A DNA stretch of 64,000 nucleotides. Origin: Takakia lepidozioides. Taxonomy: Eukaryota; Plantae; Bryophyta. Shown here in pieces: positions 1 to 13,299 of this stretch. The position numbers and the translations under genes are program-made. The notes below the pieces were generated by a model. The model was not told the origin of the DNA and did no database searches. It was given only the letters and a program-made list of their open reading frames with translations. The stretch lies in contig CM060732.1 in assembly GCA_030704615.1 (NCBI GenBank), positions 7,130,001 to 7,194,000 of the forward strand, read 5' to 3'. Numbering within the stretch: position 1 is the first letter of the stretch; every line of letters begins with the position of its first letter.

Positions 1-1425
1 ATCAGGTACAATTCCAGCTTTGACAATGAAACCATGGACCTGATCACAACCTTTTCCAGAGCTGGCAGGCTTGCCATTGATGCTCCCACGTTTGGCATAC
101 ATGTCCACGAGGGCATTGTCCAGAATCACAATCACGTACAATGCAAGCTTTGACAATGAAACCATAGACCTGATCTTCCCTTTCCCAGAGCTGGCAGGCT
201 TGCCCTTCATGCTCCCACATTTGGCATACATGTCCACGAGGGCATTGTCCAGAATCACAATCACGTACAATGCAAGCTTTGACAATGAAACCATAGACCT
301 GATCTTCCCTTTCCCAGAGCTGGCAGGCTTGCCCTTCATGCTCCCACATTTGGCATACATGTCCACAAGGGCATTGTCCAGAATCACAATCAGGTACAAT
401 TCCAGCTTAGACAATGAAACCACGGACTTGATCTTCCCTTTTCCAGAGCTGGCAGGCTTGCCCTTGATGCTCCCACATTTGGTATCCCTAAAGCATGGAC
501 CTAATCTTCCCTTTCCCAGAGCTGCCAGGCTTGCCCTTCATGCTAACACATTTGGCATACATGTCCACGAGGGCATTGTCCAAAATCACATCAGGTACAA
601 TTCCAGCTTTGACAATGAAACCATGGACCCGATCTTCCCTTTTCCAGAGCTGCCAGGCTTGCCCTTCATGCTGAAACATTTGGCATACATGTCCACGAGG
701 GCATTGTCTCGAATCACATCAGGTATAATTCCAGCTTTGACAATGAAACCATGGACCTCTTCCCTTTTCCAGAGCTGCGAGGCTTGCCCTTCATGCTGAC
801 ACATTTGGCGTACATGTCCACGAGGGCATTGTCCAGAATCACATCAGGTATAATTCCAGCTTTGACAATGAAACCATGGACCTCTTCCTTTTTCCAGAGC
901 TGCCAGGCTTGCCATTGATGCTCCCACATTTGGCATACTTGTCCATGAGGGCATTGTCCACAATCACAATCAGGTACAATTCCAGCTTTGACAATGAAAC
1001 CATGGACCTGATCAGAACCTTTTCCAGAGCTGGCAGGCTTGCCCTTGATGCTCCCACATTTGGCATACATATCCACGAGGGCATTGTTCAAAATCACATC
1101 AGGTACAATTCCAGCTTAGACAATGAAACCATGGACCTGATCTTCCCTTTTCCAGAGCTGCCAGGCTTGCCCTTCATGCTAACACATTTGGCATACATGT
1201 CCACGAGGGCATTGTCCAGAATCACAATCAGGTACAATGCAAGCTTTTACAATGAAACCATGGACCCGATCTTCCCTTTTTCCAGAGCTGGCAGGCTTGC
1301 CCTTGATGCTCCCACATTTGGCATACATGTCCACGAGGGCATTGTTCATAATCACGTCAAATACAATTCCAGCTTTGACAATGAAACCATGGACCTCTTC
1401 CCTTTTCCAGAGCTGCCAAGCTTGC
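1..1425. repeat. Tandem repeat, ~118-121 bp unit, about 12 copies, derived from a PPR L/S motif junction
   Basis: Anchor 'gacaatgaaacc' recurs at about 21, 152, 281, 410, 611, 739, 864, 990, 1119, 1250, 1377. Also recurring 'cacatttggcatacatgtccacgagggcattgtc'. Confidence 0.95.
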
Positions 1426-2150
1426 ACACGCACTGCAAACGCACACAAATGTGTTGTGGTCGGGCTTCATCCCTTCCCCCATCATTTGGTCATGATAGGT
1501 CTCCAAAGGCTCCATCCCACTTCACTGTTGTGCACATCCTGCAAGCATCGCGCTCCACGACACCACATCTTGTTCAGCCATAGTGTTGAACACTCCCTCC
1601 GCATCCTCAATGCTCTCACATATATTTGGCATACATGTCCACGAGGGCATTGTTCAGAATCGCATCTGTTACAATTCCAGCTTTGGTGATGCAACCATGC
1701 ACCACTTTGCCCTTTTGCAGGGCTGCCAGACTTGCACACGCACTGCAAACGCACAATCTTGTTCAGCCATAGTGTTGAACACTCCTTTCGCATCCTCAAT
1801 GCTCCCACATTTGGGCATACATGTGTCCACCAGAGCAGTCATGTTCAGGATGACATCTGGTACAATTGCAAATTGTCACGATGGATCTCTTTGCCCTTTT
1901 CCAGGGCTGCCAGGCTCCCACACTCACTGCCAACACACACAAATGTTATGTGGTCGGGCTTCACCCTTCCCTCATCATTTGCTCATAGGTCTCCAAAGCC
2001 TCCATCCCATGCCCCTGCAAGCATCGCACTCCACGACACCACATCTCGTTTAGCCATAGTGTTGAACACTCCCTTGGCATCCTCGATGCACCCACATTTG
2101 GCATATATTTCCACCAGGGCAGTGTTCAAAATGACATCTGGTAATCTACC
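1..2150 (-). pseudogene. PLS-class pentatricopeptide repeat (PPR) pseudogene, frameshifted, runs off window start
   Basis: Minus-strand translation across frames gives S/P/L-type PPR motifs: [69 protein letters not shown]. Many indels. Confidence 0.9.
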
Positions 2151-2949
2151 AGGCATTCACCTTTTTGCCTCGGTTGTCCCACCATTGACTGGATCAGAAA
2201 AGTATTCATTCCACACCTTCTCCTCATCTCTTGTACCTGTTTTTGGATACTTTCCTGTTGTCACATTGGCAGTATCATGTCAAAGTCACTTCAATCTATC
2301 AAAGATTCACTCAACCAGCTAACTTGCATAATTCAACATGGAAATTTAGGGCTGATTCTGATAAGGGGGAAAAACAGGGTGAAATGTGTTGAAGAAGGTG
2401 CCGTCATTGCCTGATTTTACCAATTGTGCCGCCGCTGCTGTGGCTTCCAGTTGACCATCTACCCATGCAGGTTTCTTGTAGCTAGGCAATGTTGTGCTTG
2501 AAATGTGGCCTTCTTGGATGAATCTGGACCCACACTCTATCCCTGCTCCTTCAACTATCCATGCCTCTCACAAATCATGCATACATCTTTGCCTTGCTGG
2601 TAGCAACTGACAATAACAGCCTACATTTGTTCTAGGAAACACCCAACTCAACTTCTCACACTAGTTCCTATGCTCAATTGCATCTGCTACTCTCTATAAT
2701 CCAACATGCATTCACCTTTTTGCCACAATTGGCCCACCATTGACTAGGGTCAGAAAAGTATGCAGGCCACAACTCCATGACTGTTTAGGGTTCACTGTCA
2801 CAAATGAAAGTGTGTTTGTCAGAATTTTGCCCACCCCAACAGCTCAGTCACTCCCACCCATGCAAGGTACCATGTTGTATCAAGTCTAAACCCTGGAAAA
2901 ATACATGCAATAGCAGAAACCAACTCTAGACCATAGCACAACTGGCCTG

Positions 2950-5900
2950 GTACCTCCCATGTGGAGCTTGCCTCCGCCTTCTACCATTTTGCCTCTGCCT
3001 TGCAAGTGCATTCAAGTTGGCAATGGCCAATTCATCTGCCTCACTCAAAGGAACACAAACAGCAAGCTCAGTCATGATGTTATGAGGAATTTCAGGAGGC
3101 ACCATGCCTACATTAGTGTCTCCCTCACCCAGTGTCACTTCTGTAATATCGTGAACCACTCGTCGGGATCGAGGGTCCTTGTGAAGGACCACCTTCCAGT
3201 TCCCTCGTGAACTTTTTTCATCCGAGAAAAAAACTTGTTCCACCTGACTAGGGAATGTCCAGGGCTGCTCCATCCGAGGTAACATGCGACTGAACTCAAC
3301 CAAGAGAAAGTGTTTCATGGTGGCATTCCGGCCCACCATGTGTGACCTCACCCATCTACACAAGAACAGAATTGGGTGAAGAATTCCGTAATCCAGTTGA
3401 ATTATTTCTATTACAACACCCACATATTCCAATTGGGATAACACTCGTTTGAACATACCTGCTCTGTTTTCGCTTTCCTGATGGAATACTTGAGCAACTC
3501 CAGAATCAAATGTCACCCTGTCTGTGGCGCCAGTCCTCACGTATTGCTCGAAAGTGATTGCCGTAAGCATACATGGACTTGAAGCCCAAGGACTGTACTG
3601 CTGGTGGTATACATAAATGGCATATGTCCAAATCATAGGACTCACCTGAACTCACCTTGCGTTGGACAGCACCTTCAATCCATTCATGGAATGGAGCCAG
3701 TAAGCGCATATCTGTTGGGTATGGAATTTCTCCATTGTGGTGGTCTTGGTCTTGTCCACAAAGGAATGTTGTTCTGAACTCAGTGCGGGATGCTTCTATG
3801 AGTGCCATCTCCTCTTCATAGGCCCTGTCCAAATGAGAATTGCAAATTAGGATTACAGCTTATACCATTGGCAGAAATGAAACACACAAGATATGATAAG
3901 CAACATACTTACTCAAGGAATGGTTTCATGCAATCTGTGTTGTGCAAAATATACTCGTGTGCACTGTCTCGTTCTTGAATGGTGAGGACTCGTACACTTC
4001 CCAATCCTTGAACCACCTCCCCACTAACTGAGTCTTCTTCATTGGAGTCCCACACCCTTCGGCTTGTAGCATGAAATTCAGCCATATACTCAGTTAGAAA
4101 CCCTAGGGCCTCATCCAAAGCATACCCTTCCGCCATGCTCCCTTCAGGTCGGCTCATATTCCTTACATAGCCTTTAATGTCTTCATATACCGTTCCATAG
4201 GATACATCCAACGGCTAGACACGGGACCACACACCTCCAATTCGTCCACAAGGTGTACAAGCAAGTGAGTCATTATATCAAAAAATGACGGAGGGAATTC
4301 TTTCTCCAGCAGACACGTAGTGATTGCAACATCTTCTTTTAAAGCCGGTAGCTCAGTTGGATTAATGATCTTTGCACACACTTTTCGGAAGACTCGAGAA
4401 AGCCTCATAATTGCCATCCGTGGACCCCTTCCCAATACCCCTCGAATGCAAAGAGGTAAAATTTGCTGCATCATTACATGGTAGTCATGGGTTTTCATTG
4501 TAGACAGTTTATTGTCAGCCACATGTTTCTGGAATGTGGCAGCATAACCTGTGGGGGCCTTTACTGCAGCCAATGTTTCCAAAAACAGCACCTTCTCATC
4601 TTCAGTAAGAACATATGGGGCCAAAGGCTTCACCAACTTGTTCGGGTGAGAGGGATGGGGTCTCAACCACAAGTGTTCACGAATGACATTGAGTTCCATA
4701 TCCTTCCTAGATGTGGCTGTGTCCTTCTCCCCAAGAATGGTTCTCGGCACATTCTCACACAAATTTTTTTCACAATGCATCACATCCAGTGTGTATCGGA
4801 TGAGTAAGTCTTTCCAGTATGGCAATTGGTTCAAAACAGTGACCCGTTTCATGCCATGTTCCTTTGAAGGGTCCTGTTTTCCCCCCTCAGCCGCCCCTCC
4901 CATTGCGAGATACAACTCTCTGGTTTTAGCCCGGTCAAATTGCTCACTTGCAGTGACCACCATAGGAGCTGCTCTATGTTCCACATGTCCATTAAAGTGG
5001 GACGAGTTATTCCTATAGGGATGAACAGCAGGCAAGTATCTCCTATGACCAAGATACAAAACTTTTTTGCATGCCTTCGAGTACCTGGAATCAACATTAG
5101 GGCCGCAAGCTGGGCAGGCCTTGTATCCCCCGTGTGCGCATCCTGCTAGCAACCCATAAGCTGGAAAGTCGTGGATTGACCACATCAAGATGGCCCTCAT
5201 GCGAAATGACTGTTGCCCCACTAGGCTACTTCCATCCAATGCCTCCACACCAACTTCCCACAACAATTTTAGCTCATCCACAAAAGGCTGCAGATAAACA
5301 TCTGCATTGTCATTTCCCACAGATTGTGGTCCAGGAATCAATAAAGCCAACATCGTGAAAAATGGCTTAGTACACAGCCAGGGTGGAAGATTATAGTTTA
5401 CCAACATGACAGGCCAAGTTGACCATTTGTTTGATTTATCACTGTAAGGATTGACACCATCCCATGCGAGACCCAATCGCAGATTTATGGGGTCCGCTGC
5501 AAACTCAGGCCATTTTTGGTCAATGTGGGCCCAAGCCTTGCTGTCTGCTGGGTGCCTAACCAAGCCATCCAGACTTCGATTCTTAAAGTGCCATGACATT
5601 AACTCTGAGATGGATTTGGCTTTATACATTCGAAGCAGCCTTGGAATGATAGGGAAATGTCGAAGGACCTTACGAGGTACTGGTGTCTTCGTACCCACCA
5701 CATAACGACGTGCCTAACATTTTGGACAAACCTCCAAATTCTGAAGCTCCCTTCTGAACAACACACAGCCTTTCGGACATGCATGTATACTCTCGTAATG
5801 AAGCCCGAGTTCCATTATGAGTTGTTTTGCCTCATAGTGGGACTTTGGCAGGCAATTGTCTGTTGGCAACAGTTGTCTTCCTAACAATGTAAGGAGTTCA

Positions 5901-6280
5901 TCGACAAAGGTGTTTGACACACCATGGGTTTGACAAGCATTTAACAGCAGTAAGGTAGCAGACAATCGAGAGGAAGAACTCCCTACATATAAAGCCCTGG
6001 ATGCCTCGTGCTCAAAACGTAAGGCACTCGCTACACCACGATCACCATCGCTCTTCAGTTCACCATCAGTCTACTCTGGCACTCCATCTGTGTCCCATTG
6101 GCCCTGTGTTCCATCTCCCGGTTCCTCATGTGCATCACCAGTTTGCACCCCATTATCTATAGTTGCGAATGTCTCCCGGAGCATTCTAAGCATGTCAAGA
6201 TTACGATCCAAGGTATCAGAACCACCTGCAGGGCTGGTTTCCGTTCTAAACCCCTCATGTTCGTCTCCAGAGTTTTCCTG
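2950..6280 (-). mobile_element. CACTA/EnSpm transposase (Tnp2/TnpD type; Transposase_21 + DUF4218 + DUF4216-like), disrupted
   Basis: IHACPKGCVLF, VPRKVLRHFPIIPRL, HPADSKAW, RLGLAWDGVNP, YNLPPW, HDFPAYG, DVMHCEKN, MKTHDYHV, FPPSFFDIMTHLLVHL, WMYPMERYMK, PEGSMAEGY, QVEQVFF. Stops at 5714 and 6071 and frameshifts near 4190 and 3545. Confidence 0.95.
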
Positions 6281-7023
6281 CTTAGTACATATCAGACGCC
6301 ACATGCAAGACTCATGCCCAACAACCTTGCTGCAATTGTTTCTTACCCTCACTGCCTTTTCATATGCACATGGAGACAAAACTTTGGTGCAGATCGCAAA
6401 CCTGCTGATGGGTTGGGGAGTTTGCAGGGTGCTTTGCGCGCTTTGTCTTTGTTGGGGCTTCTTTCATCGTTTCCATCTCTGACTCCGAGCTGGTCTCATT
6501 GAAGTCTTCATGTGCGGCATGATCTTGGTCTCGCTGCAATTCTTGCTCTCGTGCCTCCTCTGTGTCTGACTCCGCTTGAACTTGCGCTTCCTCCTCTTGC
6601 TCTACCTCTTTCTCCCGTTGTGACATTGCAGAGTGCAGGAGTTGAACTCTGTGACTTCGGCGAGGAGGACCTGTGTGTTTGAGGATTTCCTCAACGAGGT
6701 GTTTAGGGCGACTCAAGCTCTCTTCGACGCTGCAAAGAAGAAGAAAGACAAAGTCAGCAGCTGCAAAACCCTAACATATCCTCTCTGTAGGTTTGGAGCT
6801 TTTAATGCGGTTTCATGGCTAGGGCTAGGTAGGGGATATGAAAAAAACCGAAGTTTGGACCTCTTTGCAATGTCGTAGATCTTCAGTCGTGCGAAGAATG
6901 CCTTGTTCTCCGCTTGACGCTTTGCTCATTCTACCTCCCTCGCTGTAGGCTTGCGCCCTGGTGTAACTTCTGGACACTCTATTTGGATCTCCATTTCCTG
7001 ACGAGTCTCACTCACTCGCCAAG

Positions 7024-7243
7024 ATGATCCCTCCTACTGCCCATCGATTGCAAAGGCAGACACAAGCAGAACATGACGATGACAGATTGTGGAAACTAGA
7101 GGAAGCGCGAGCAAGAAGACTGGGTCTTCGGAAAATTCTATGTCCATGCAATGCCTGTCATGGTGGGAACTGGCAAACCATTGGCCGGGCTAAGCGTCAT
7201 CTGCTTTTGAACTTGCGAGATCCTAACTTACGAGAACTCCCGG
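7024..7243 (+). mobile_element. CACTA transposase-associated N-terminal domain exon (CPCxxC...HL)
   Basis: ILCPCNACHGGNWQTIGRAKRHLL followed by a GT donor-like site near 7243. Opposite strand to the transposase body. Confidence 0.6.
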
Positions 7244-8044
7244 TGCATATCTCTGGATTCTCTTCCCTTTGCAGATGCATACTTTGAAATTATAAGAAAC
7301 AATTCAAATTCCTGGTAGCGGTATTGTTGTAAGGTGTAGAGTATTGTACATGTCCGTTTTCCTATTGCCACGTGCCTATATAATGGCACGTTCCACATCC
7401 ACTATTGCAAATGAAAAAACTCCCCATCTTATAGTTTGGGTGGGAAAAGGCTCACTGGAATGTCAACTCCAGTTGCCTGCTTTCTGGCTTGGTCTGGATT
7501 GTAATGAGGCCAACAGTTGTGGGGGTCATACTTCTTCTTCAACAAAGCCAGATAGACAATGCAACACTAGAGGCACTTGAAGTCCTTACCCCTAAACCCT
7601 CCAACATCTCTTTGCCAATTCAACTTGTGGACCATGTGCCTTTGTTTTCAGCAATGTGAGTGTTGGTACTCTTATGGTATGCTTGACTCTCCTTCATGAT
7701 GGTATATAAATGTTGCCTCTTTTTCTTTTTTCATCTTGAACCCATAAACTGAGAATAGTGGTTTTGACTTGGTGATTGTCTCTCACCAATCCATGGACCA
7801 AGAAGAAGAACAACATGAACGGTAGTGACAAGCCACTTTGTCTAACTTCATTTTCATCAGAGAGAGAGAGATTGTACTCATAAGACGTTGTTTGCCGTAG
7901 CCTTGTGGACATTGACCCCGCGCCCAATTTGAGCGGGAACAAAAGGGACAGAACCTACCTCTGTCAGGGGCTGACGTTGGTAGTAAGACTTACCTTCATA
8001 TATAGAATTAATTCGGGTTTTCCAGATATCCTCTAGAAATCCTT

Positions 8045-9510
8045 CTTGTATAGATTGACAATGACGCCCTGTCACCAACAAAAGGGGATCGTTTCAGTCT
8101 TCTAGATCAGGTTAAAGAGGAGAAGTAGGGATTGAATTTTGTCTTGAAGTTGATGGATTGAACCGTCTCTGCCAACGCCTGATTTATGTTGACAACCCGC
8201 ATGGGATCGCCACTGTGCTTGATAAGCTCATTGACAATACCATCAGGTCCACCAGCTTTATATCCATTTAGATGTTCAATTGCTTCCACAATCTCAGAAG
8301 GACTAATGGGAGCGTTATAAGCCATTGAAATATACTCCAGTTCATCAGGGCTGTTTTGCATCATAGGAACAGTTTTTCCAACTGTGTCCCTCCATTCAGT
8401 AGAAGACCCCTCACTGTTAGACCTAGAAGTTATGCCAAGGATACTGTAGTGAGTTTCAAAGGTTTTGACAATGTCAACCGATAAAGTCACCAGTGCACCT
8501 TTAGTAGTCTTCAGCGCTTGTACTTGCTGACCGTTTTTCGGCTTGTACAAATGTTGAAGGGCCAACCATAATTTCTTGTCATTACCACCATGGTGGTTTG
8601 AGTTTATTTCACTGTATAACTTGTCCCAGTATAATTTCTTCTGAGACCTAACAAGCTGTTTGATATCTTTACAGAGCTGGTAGTACCTCGCCCACAATTC
8701 TCTGTTGGTTTCCAAATTGCAGCACTCTTTATAGAGGGCTCGTCTCTCAGCTATCTTGAGTTTAATCTCATTGGTCCACCAATTAACAGTTCTACCATAG
8801 ACAATTAGTTTCATCCCAATGATCTTGTCAACCACGGAGGAAACGAAACTCTCCCAAGAGTCCCCTGCTCTTTCAACTTCATTTCTTGCGTTATCAGAGC
8901 GAGACTGAAGTTCTTGGAGCGATTGGACAAAATGAGGGAGAGCCTCTTGCAAGGGCTGGACATACTCAGCCTTGACCTCCTCATTATGGAGTTTTTCTAT
9001 GCGCCACTTCCGAATCGAATGTTTCACATATCTCTTGGTGTTGGGAAAACACCTTTTGATCTCATTCCAAACCAGGAAATGGTCAGAGGTACCAATATCA
9101 GTTCTGTTGATCAACACATTGGCACACTAGGGGAACAAATTTTTGTCCATTATGATATAATCCACAATGGAACGTTCCCCAGTTTGGGATTTCTCACGAG
9201 TCCACTGCACTTGGTCACCTCTTGTCCTGTTATTCAAGGTCAAAAGCTGAAGATCTTCTAGACAGTTAATTAACCGTCTGCCATTAGAATTCAGTTCGTC
9301 CTCACCAAAAGGTCCAATGATATCGTCCTGATGGAGCCCTTTGCCCACCCGGGCATTGAAGTCACCCAATAGCACCACCTGACCTTTGGCAAGGAACGAA
9401 GCACAGTCCAGCTTTACATCTTCGAAGGCTTTGTCTGCATCAGCACAAAGCGTCCCCTCTGTGGGCATGTAAACACAACCCACAAAGAGGTCCTTCGTCC
9501 TCGAGACTTT
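8045..9510 (-). mobile_element. Non-LTR retrotransposon (LINE) ORF2 fragment: APE endonuclease, linker, start of RT
   Basis: FVGCVYMP, VVLLGDFNARVG, NSNGRRL, SIVDYII, SDHFLV, WWTNEIK, KAGGPDGIVNELIK, then a degenerate IPxxW-xGVIVNLYKK near 8045-8100. Confidence 0.9.
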
Positions 9511-9511
9511 C

Positions 9512-9532
9512 AGAGAGAGAGAGAGAGAGAGA
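9512..9532. repeat. (GA)n microsatellite at LINE/LTR junction
   Basis: About 10 consecutive AG units read directly. Confidence 0.9.
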
Positions 9533-9539
9533 ATGCACT

Positions 9540-9624
9540 TGTCGTGCGCATACATATCGCTACACAACTACATCGTTGTCCAAACCACACCACACATATA
9601 TGCACAATAAAGTAGTCTGCCACA
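9540..9624 (-). repeat. Short (85 bp) 3' LTR of the DNMT-bearing gypsy element, TGT...ACA
   Basis: Minus strand TGTGGCAGAC...GCGCACGACA immediately follows a purine-rich tract. Second copy at 18967-19051. Confidence 0.75.
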
Positions 9625-9636
9625 ATCGCCCCCCTA
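9625..9636 (-). other. Polypurine tract (TAGGGGGGCGAT)
   Basis: G-run directly 5' of the TGT LTR start, about 250 bp after the pol stop codon. Confidence 0.7.
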
Positions 9637-9887
9637 GCTGGTGGATAGGTCCCTCTACCTCCAGATAGCTACAAGATGTAATAGCCACAGCTGTACTAAG
9701 TCCTCTATCACTGTCCCTATTGTACTCAAACTCTATAGACCAAGAGGCCGGGTACAAGAGTAGCCCCATCGTTAGTCGCCGTCTTGCAATCTGTGAACTT
9801 GAGCCAGGATCTCGTGTGTTCAAGGTCTCCTAGTAGCTGGGCCTTGCGTTTCTTGTTAGCCTTCCATGGTTGTATCCACTCCCACTA

Positions 9888-10032
9888 TCCAATGCAATGT
9901 GGACATAACCAATCCCCATCTGGAACCATCTCAAGAGGTGGAGTCAAGCATCCCATATGCCAACCTCTAGAGCATCGATCACACACCAGCATGGTGGCTG
10001 CCCCTTTAGCAGACCCACACAACATGCACCTC
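9888..10032 (-). CDS. PHD finger (C4HC3) at integrase C-terminus
   Basis: CMLCGSAKGAATMLVCDRCSRGWHMGCLTPPLEMVPDGDWLCPHC. Confidence 0.93.
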
Positions 10033-13000
10033 AAACCTGCAGATACCACTGCCAGGTTTGGGTCAATCCTGCCATCGACATTCGGAAGGTGACATGGCGC
10101 ACAATTACGCACATGGTCCTTCCAAGTTATGCCATCCCGACCCTCCAAGACCAAGATGCCTGAGGGCAAGACCTCTCGAACCCTCAAAATAACACGTCCT
10201 ACAGTCACATCCAGGGTCGTAGGAGCAGTCTGCTGCAGATAGACATAGTCACCAGGGTTGAATCTCCGAACCCCAGGACGATAGCCCCCACCACGTATGG
10301 TAGCATACCTCAACGTATCACGGTGTTGTGCAATGGCAAGGTTCTCGAAAGCCATGGGCATGACTCTCTTGAACAACTCTGCACGCTGCTCACATGCACG
10401 TGCCCACACGTCCGGATCGTCAAGGTTAAGAACTGTAGCAGCTTCTCTGCGAATGGATGTAGGCAAATCCGGCTCTCGGCCAAAGAGAAGAAAGTATGGT
10501 GAGAAGGAGGCAAGTGATGCTTGCTTGCTGAACCTGTAGCCCATGGCTAACCAGGGTTACTGAAGGTCCCAATCTCCTAGGTGTCCCTTCTGCAAGCCAT
10601 ACTTGCGCAAACCCCTCTTTACTGTCTGAACAACTCTCTCTGCCAAGCCATCGGCCTCAGGATGATCCCGAGAAGTGGTGCGGTGGTCTATCAAGGCCTT
10701 GTCACACAAAGCCTGAAACTCCCCCAAGAACTCTCTCCCTTGGTCCGTGAGTACCTCAGCTGGAGCACCGAATCGGCTAAGCACACAATCCAAGAATGCA
10801 TACGCAGCTCTCTCACTAGCCTTATCAGGCAATGGAACCAATTCAATCCACTTGGAGAAGTGCTCCACCATCACCAACACGTACTTGTTGTGGCGCATGG
10901 TCAGTGGCAACGGCCCTGCGAAGTCAAGATTCCACCTGTAGCCCAATCCCATGATCGGAAGAGGGTGCAATTGTGGAGTAGGGGCGTTGAATGAAGCACG
11001 CACCCTGTCACACACCATGCACCTAGCCACAAATTGTTGCACCTCTGTGTGCATACCACGCCACCAATACTGCCCCTGCAGTAGACTATGAGTGCGTCGC
11101 ACCCCAAAATGCCCCAACTCCTCATGGGCATGCCGCACTAACCGTGCCCGGTGTGTTGGGTGAGGCACAATCCTCACTCGACCATCCTCCCACACTCGGA
11201 GCAGGTGTGTCCCCTCCCACTTGAACCTCTTGGCTCGTTGTAGGATCCGATCCCTCTCCTTGGCAGTCACAGTGGCTGCAGTGTCTCCAGTGCGGAGGTA
11301 GTCCAACACAACTGAATCCTCATGTATATCTTTGGCGCCACCTTGCTCCTTGTTGGCCTCAGGGTCCTCAGACACTTGATCTACAGTCATCCCTGTTGCA
11401 GGTCCAACCTGGCCTTCCGCTGCCAAGATACACAGAAATGCAGATGCATGCCATCCGGACACCATCTCCTCGTCCGTCTCACCATGCCACCGAGCTCCAG
11501 TGTCATCCTGCTGGCTCGTGCATGGATTGCAACTCAACCCATCTGCATTGCGATTGACCAAACCCGGTCGATGCACCACCTAAAAGTCATACTCTTGAAG
11601 GATGAGTGCCCACCGTGCAAGCTTCCCCGTAAGCTTGTCTGACTCCATCAACCACTTGAGTGGTTGGTGATCCGTGACAAGGGTGAAGAGATTGCCGTAT
11701 AGATAGCACCTGAAGTGTGCAACGGCCCACACTACAGCTAAGCATTCTCCCTCATATGAGCTATACTTAGACTCTGCAACATTGTTCGAGCGGCTAGCAT
11801 AAGCCACTACGAACTCTCTTCCCTCATCATCCACCTGTGTGAGCACCGCTCCAAGCCCCAGCATGCTCCAATCTGTATGCAGCTGAAAAGGACGCCCCCT
11901 GATAGGTCGTCTCAAGATGGGCGCCGAGGTCAACCTCGCCTTGAGCTCTTGAAAAGCTTGTTCTTGCTCATCTTCCCACTGCCACTCCTGGTCCACCTTG
12001 GTCAGCTTGGTTAGAGCCTTTGCAATGACACTAAATCCCTTAACAAACCGTCTATAATAGTTTGCTAACCCCATGAAAGCTCGAACTCAGCTCACATCTG
12101 TGGGGCGTGGAACCTGTGCAATGGACTCTACCTTAGTCTGCTGTACCCCCAATCCTCCAGGATATATCATGTGACCCAGATACTCAATCTGGTTGTGGAA
12201 AAACTTGCACTTTCCCGGATGTAACTTCAATCCGTGCGCCCTCAAGCGCTCAAATACCCCCTGAAGGTGTCTCTCATGCTCCTCCACCGTAGCACTAAAG
12301 ATGATGATGTCATCTATGTAGCACCGAGCAAACTCCACCCCTGCTAGAATCCTGTCCATGACTCTTTGAAACTCAGCAGCATTTTTAAGCCCAAATGGTA
12401 AGAACTGCCACTGGTATAGGCAATCCTTCCCGTGCTCATTGATCCCCCAGAATGCCGTCTTTTGCTTATCCGCCTCCTTGATCGGCAACTGGTGATATCC
12501 GGATCGTAAATCCAACGTGCTAAAGACCTTGGAATGCCCAATGGCATCAAAGATCTCCTCTGGTGTCGGCATGGCATACCTATCGGACTTGGTCTGACGA
12601 TTTACAGGCCGGTAATCACCGCACATACGTCTCTCCGTCCAATTGCCATAGACATCCTTCTTGGCTGGCATCACTGTGGCTGAAGCATACTCTCCACCAG
12701 AGAGCTCCACCAAACCTGCCTCCCAGAGATCTTGAGTCCTCATCTGAATCAAAGACCTCTCCATGTCACTGTATCTATAGGGTCTCCGAAAGATTGGCAT
12801 GTCAGTGGCCAACTCAATACGGATCTCTTGACCCTTCAGTGCTCCCAAGTCCTTCAAACTGAAGGCAAAGCAATTCCTGTAAGCCCTCAGGAACCGCCGT
12901 ATACGTCGTCTCTCTCCTCCGGTGACAATGGGTCCAATGTCAGGCTCCCAATTGTCCTCCGTAACTGCAACCTTAAGTCCAGTGGGCTTAGAGGTAGAGG

Positions 13001-13299
13001 ACGCGTCCCGTGGTTGCTATTCGGCAACCTCTTGAGCAGTATTCCCTTCCTGCTCAGTCAATGACAAGGCCTCATCCTGCCCCATCATCTCATCATTGAG
13101 AACCTCCTCATCCCGAGAAGAATCCCCAACCTCATCCATCACAGCTGCCTTGGCTGCCAACTCCCTCTGAACTTCGAGCACCTCCCACGTGTGCCATGGA
13201 TGTCTACACCCCGTGGTCCTCACCGGCTCGCCCCCACTCGCTGCCAGTACTGTCTCGGTAGGCAGAGAGACCGTCAAGGGAAGTGCACTCCACACTTTA

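Noticed and set aside
71-2322. Long plus-strand ORFs (242, 235, 196 aa)
   Set aside because: Antisense shadows of the PPR-derived repeat.
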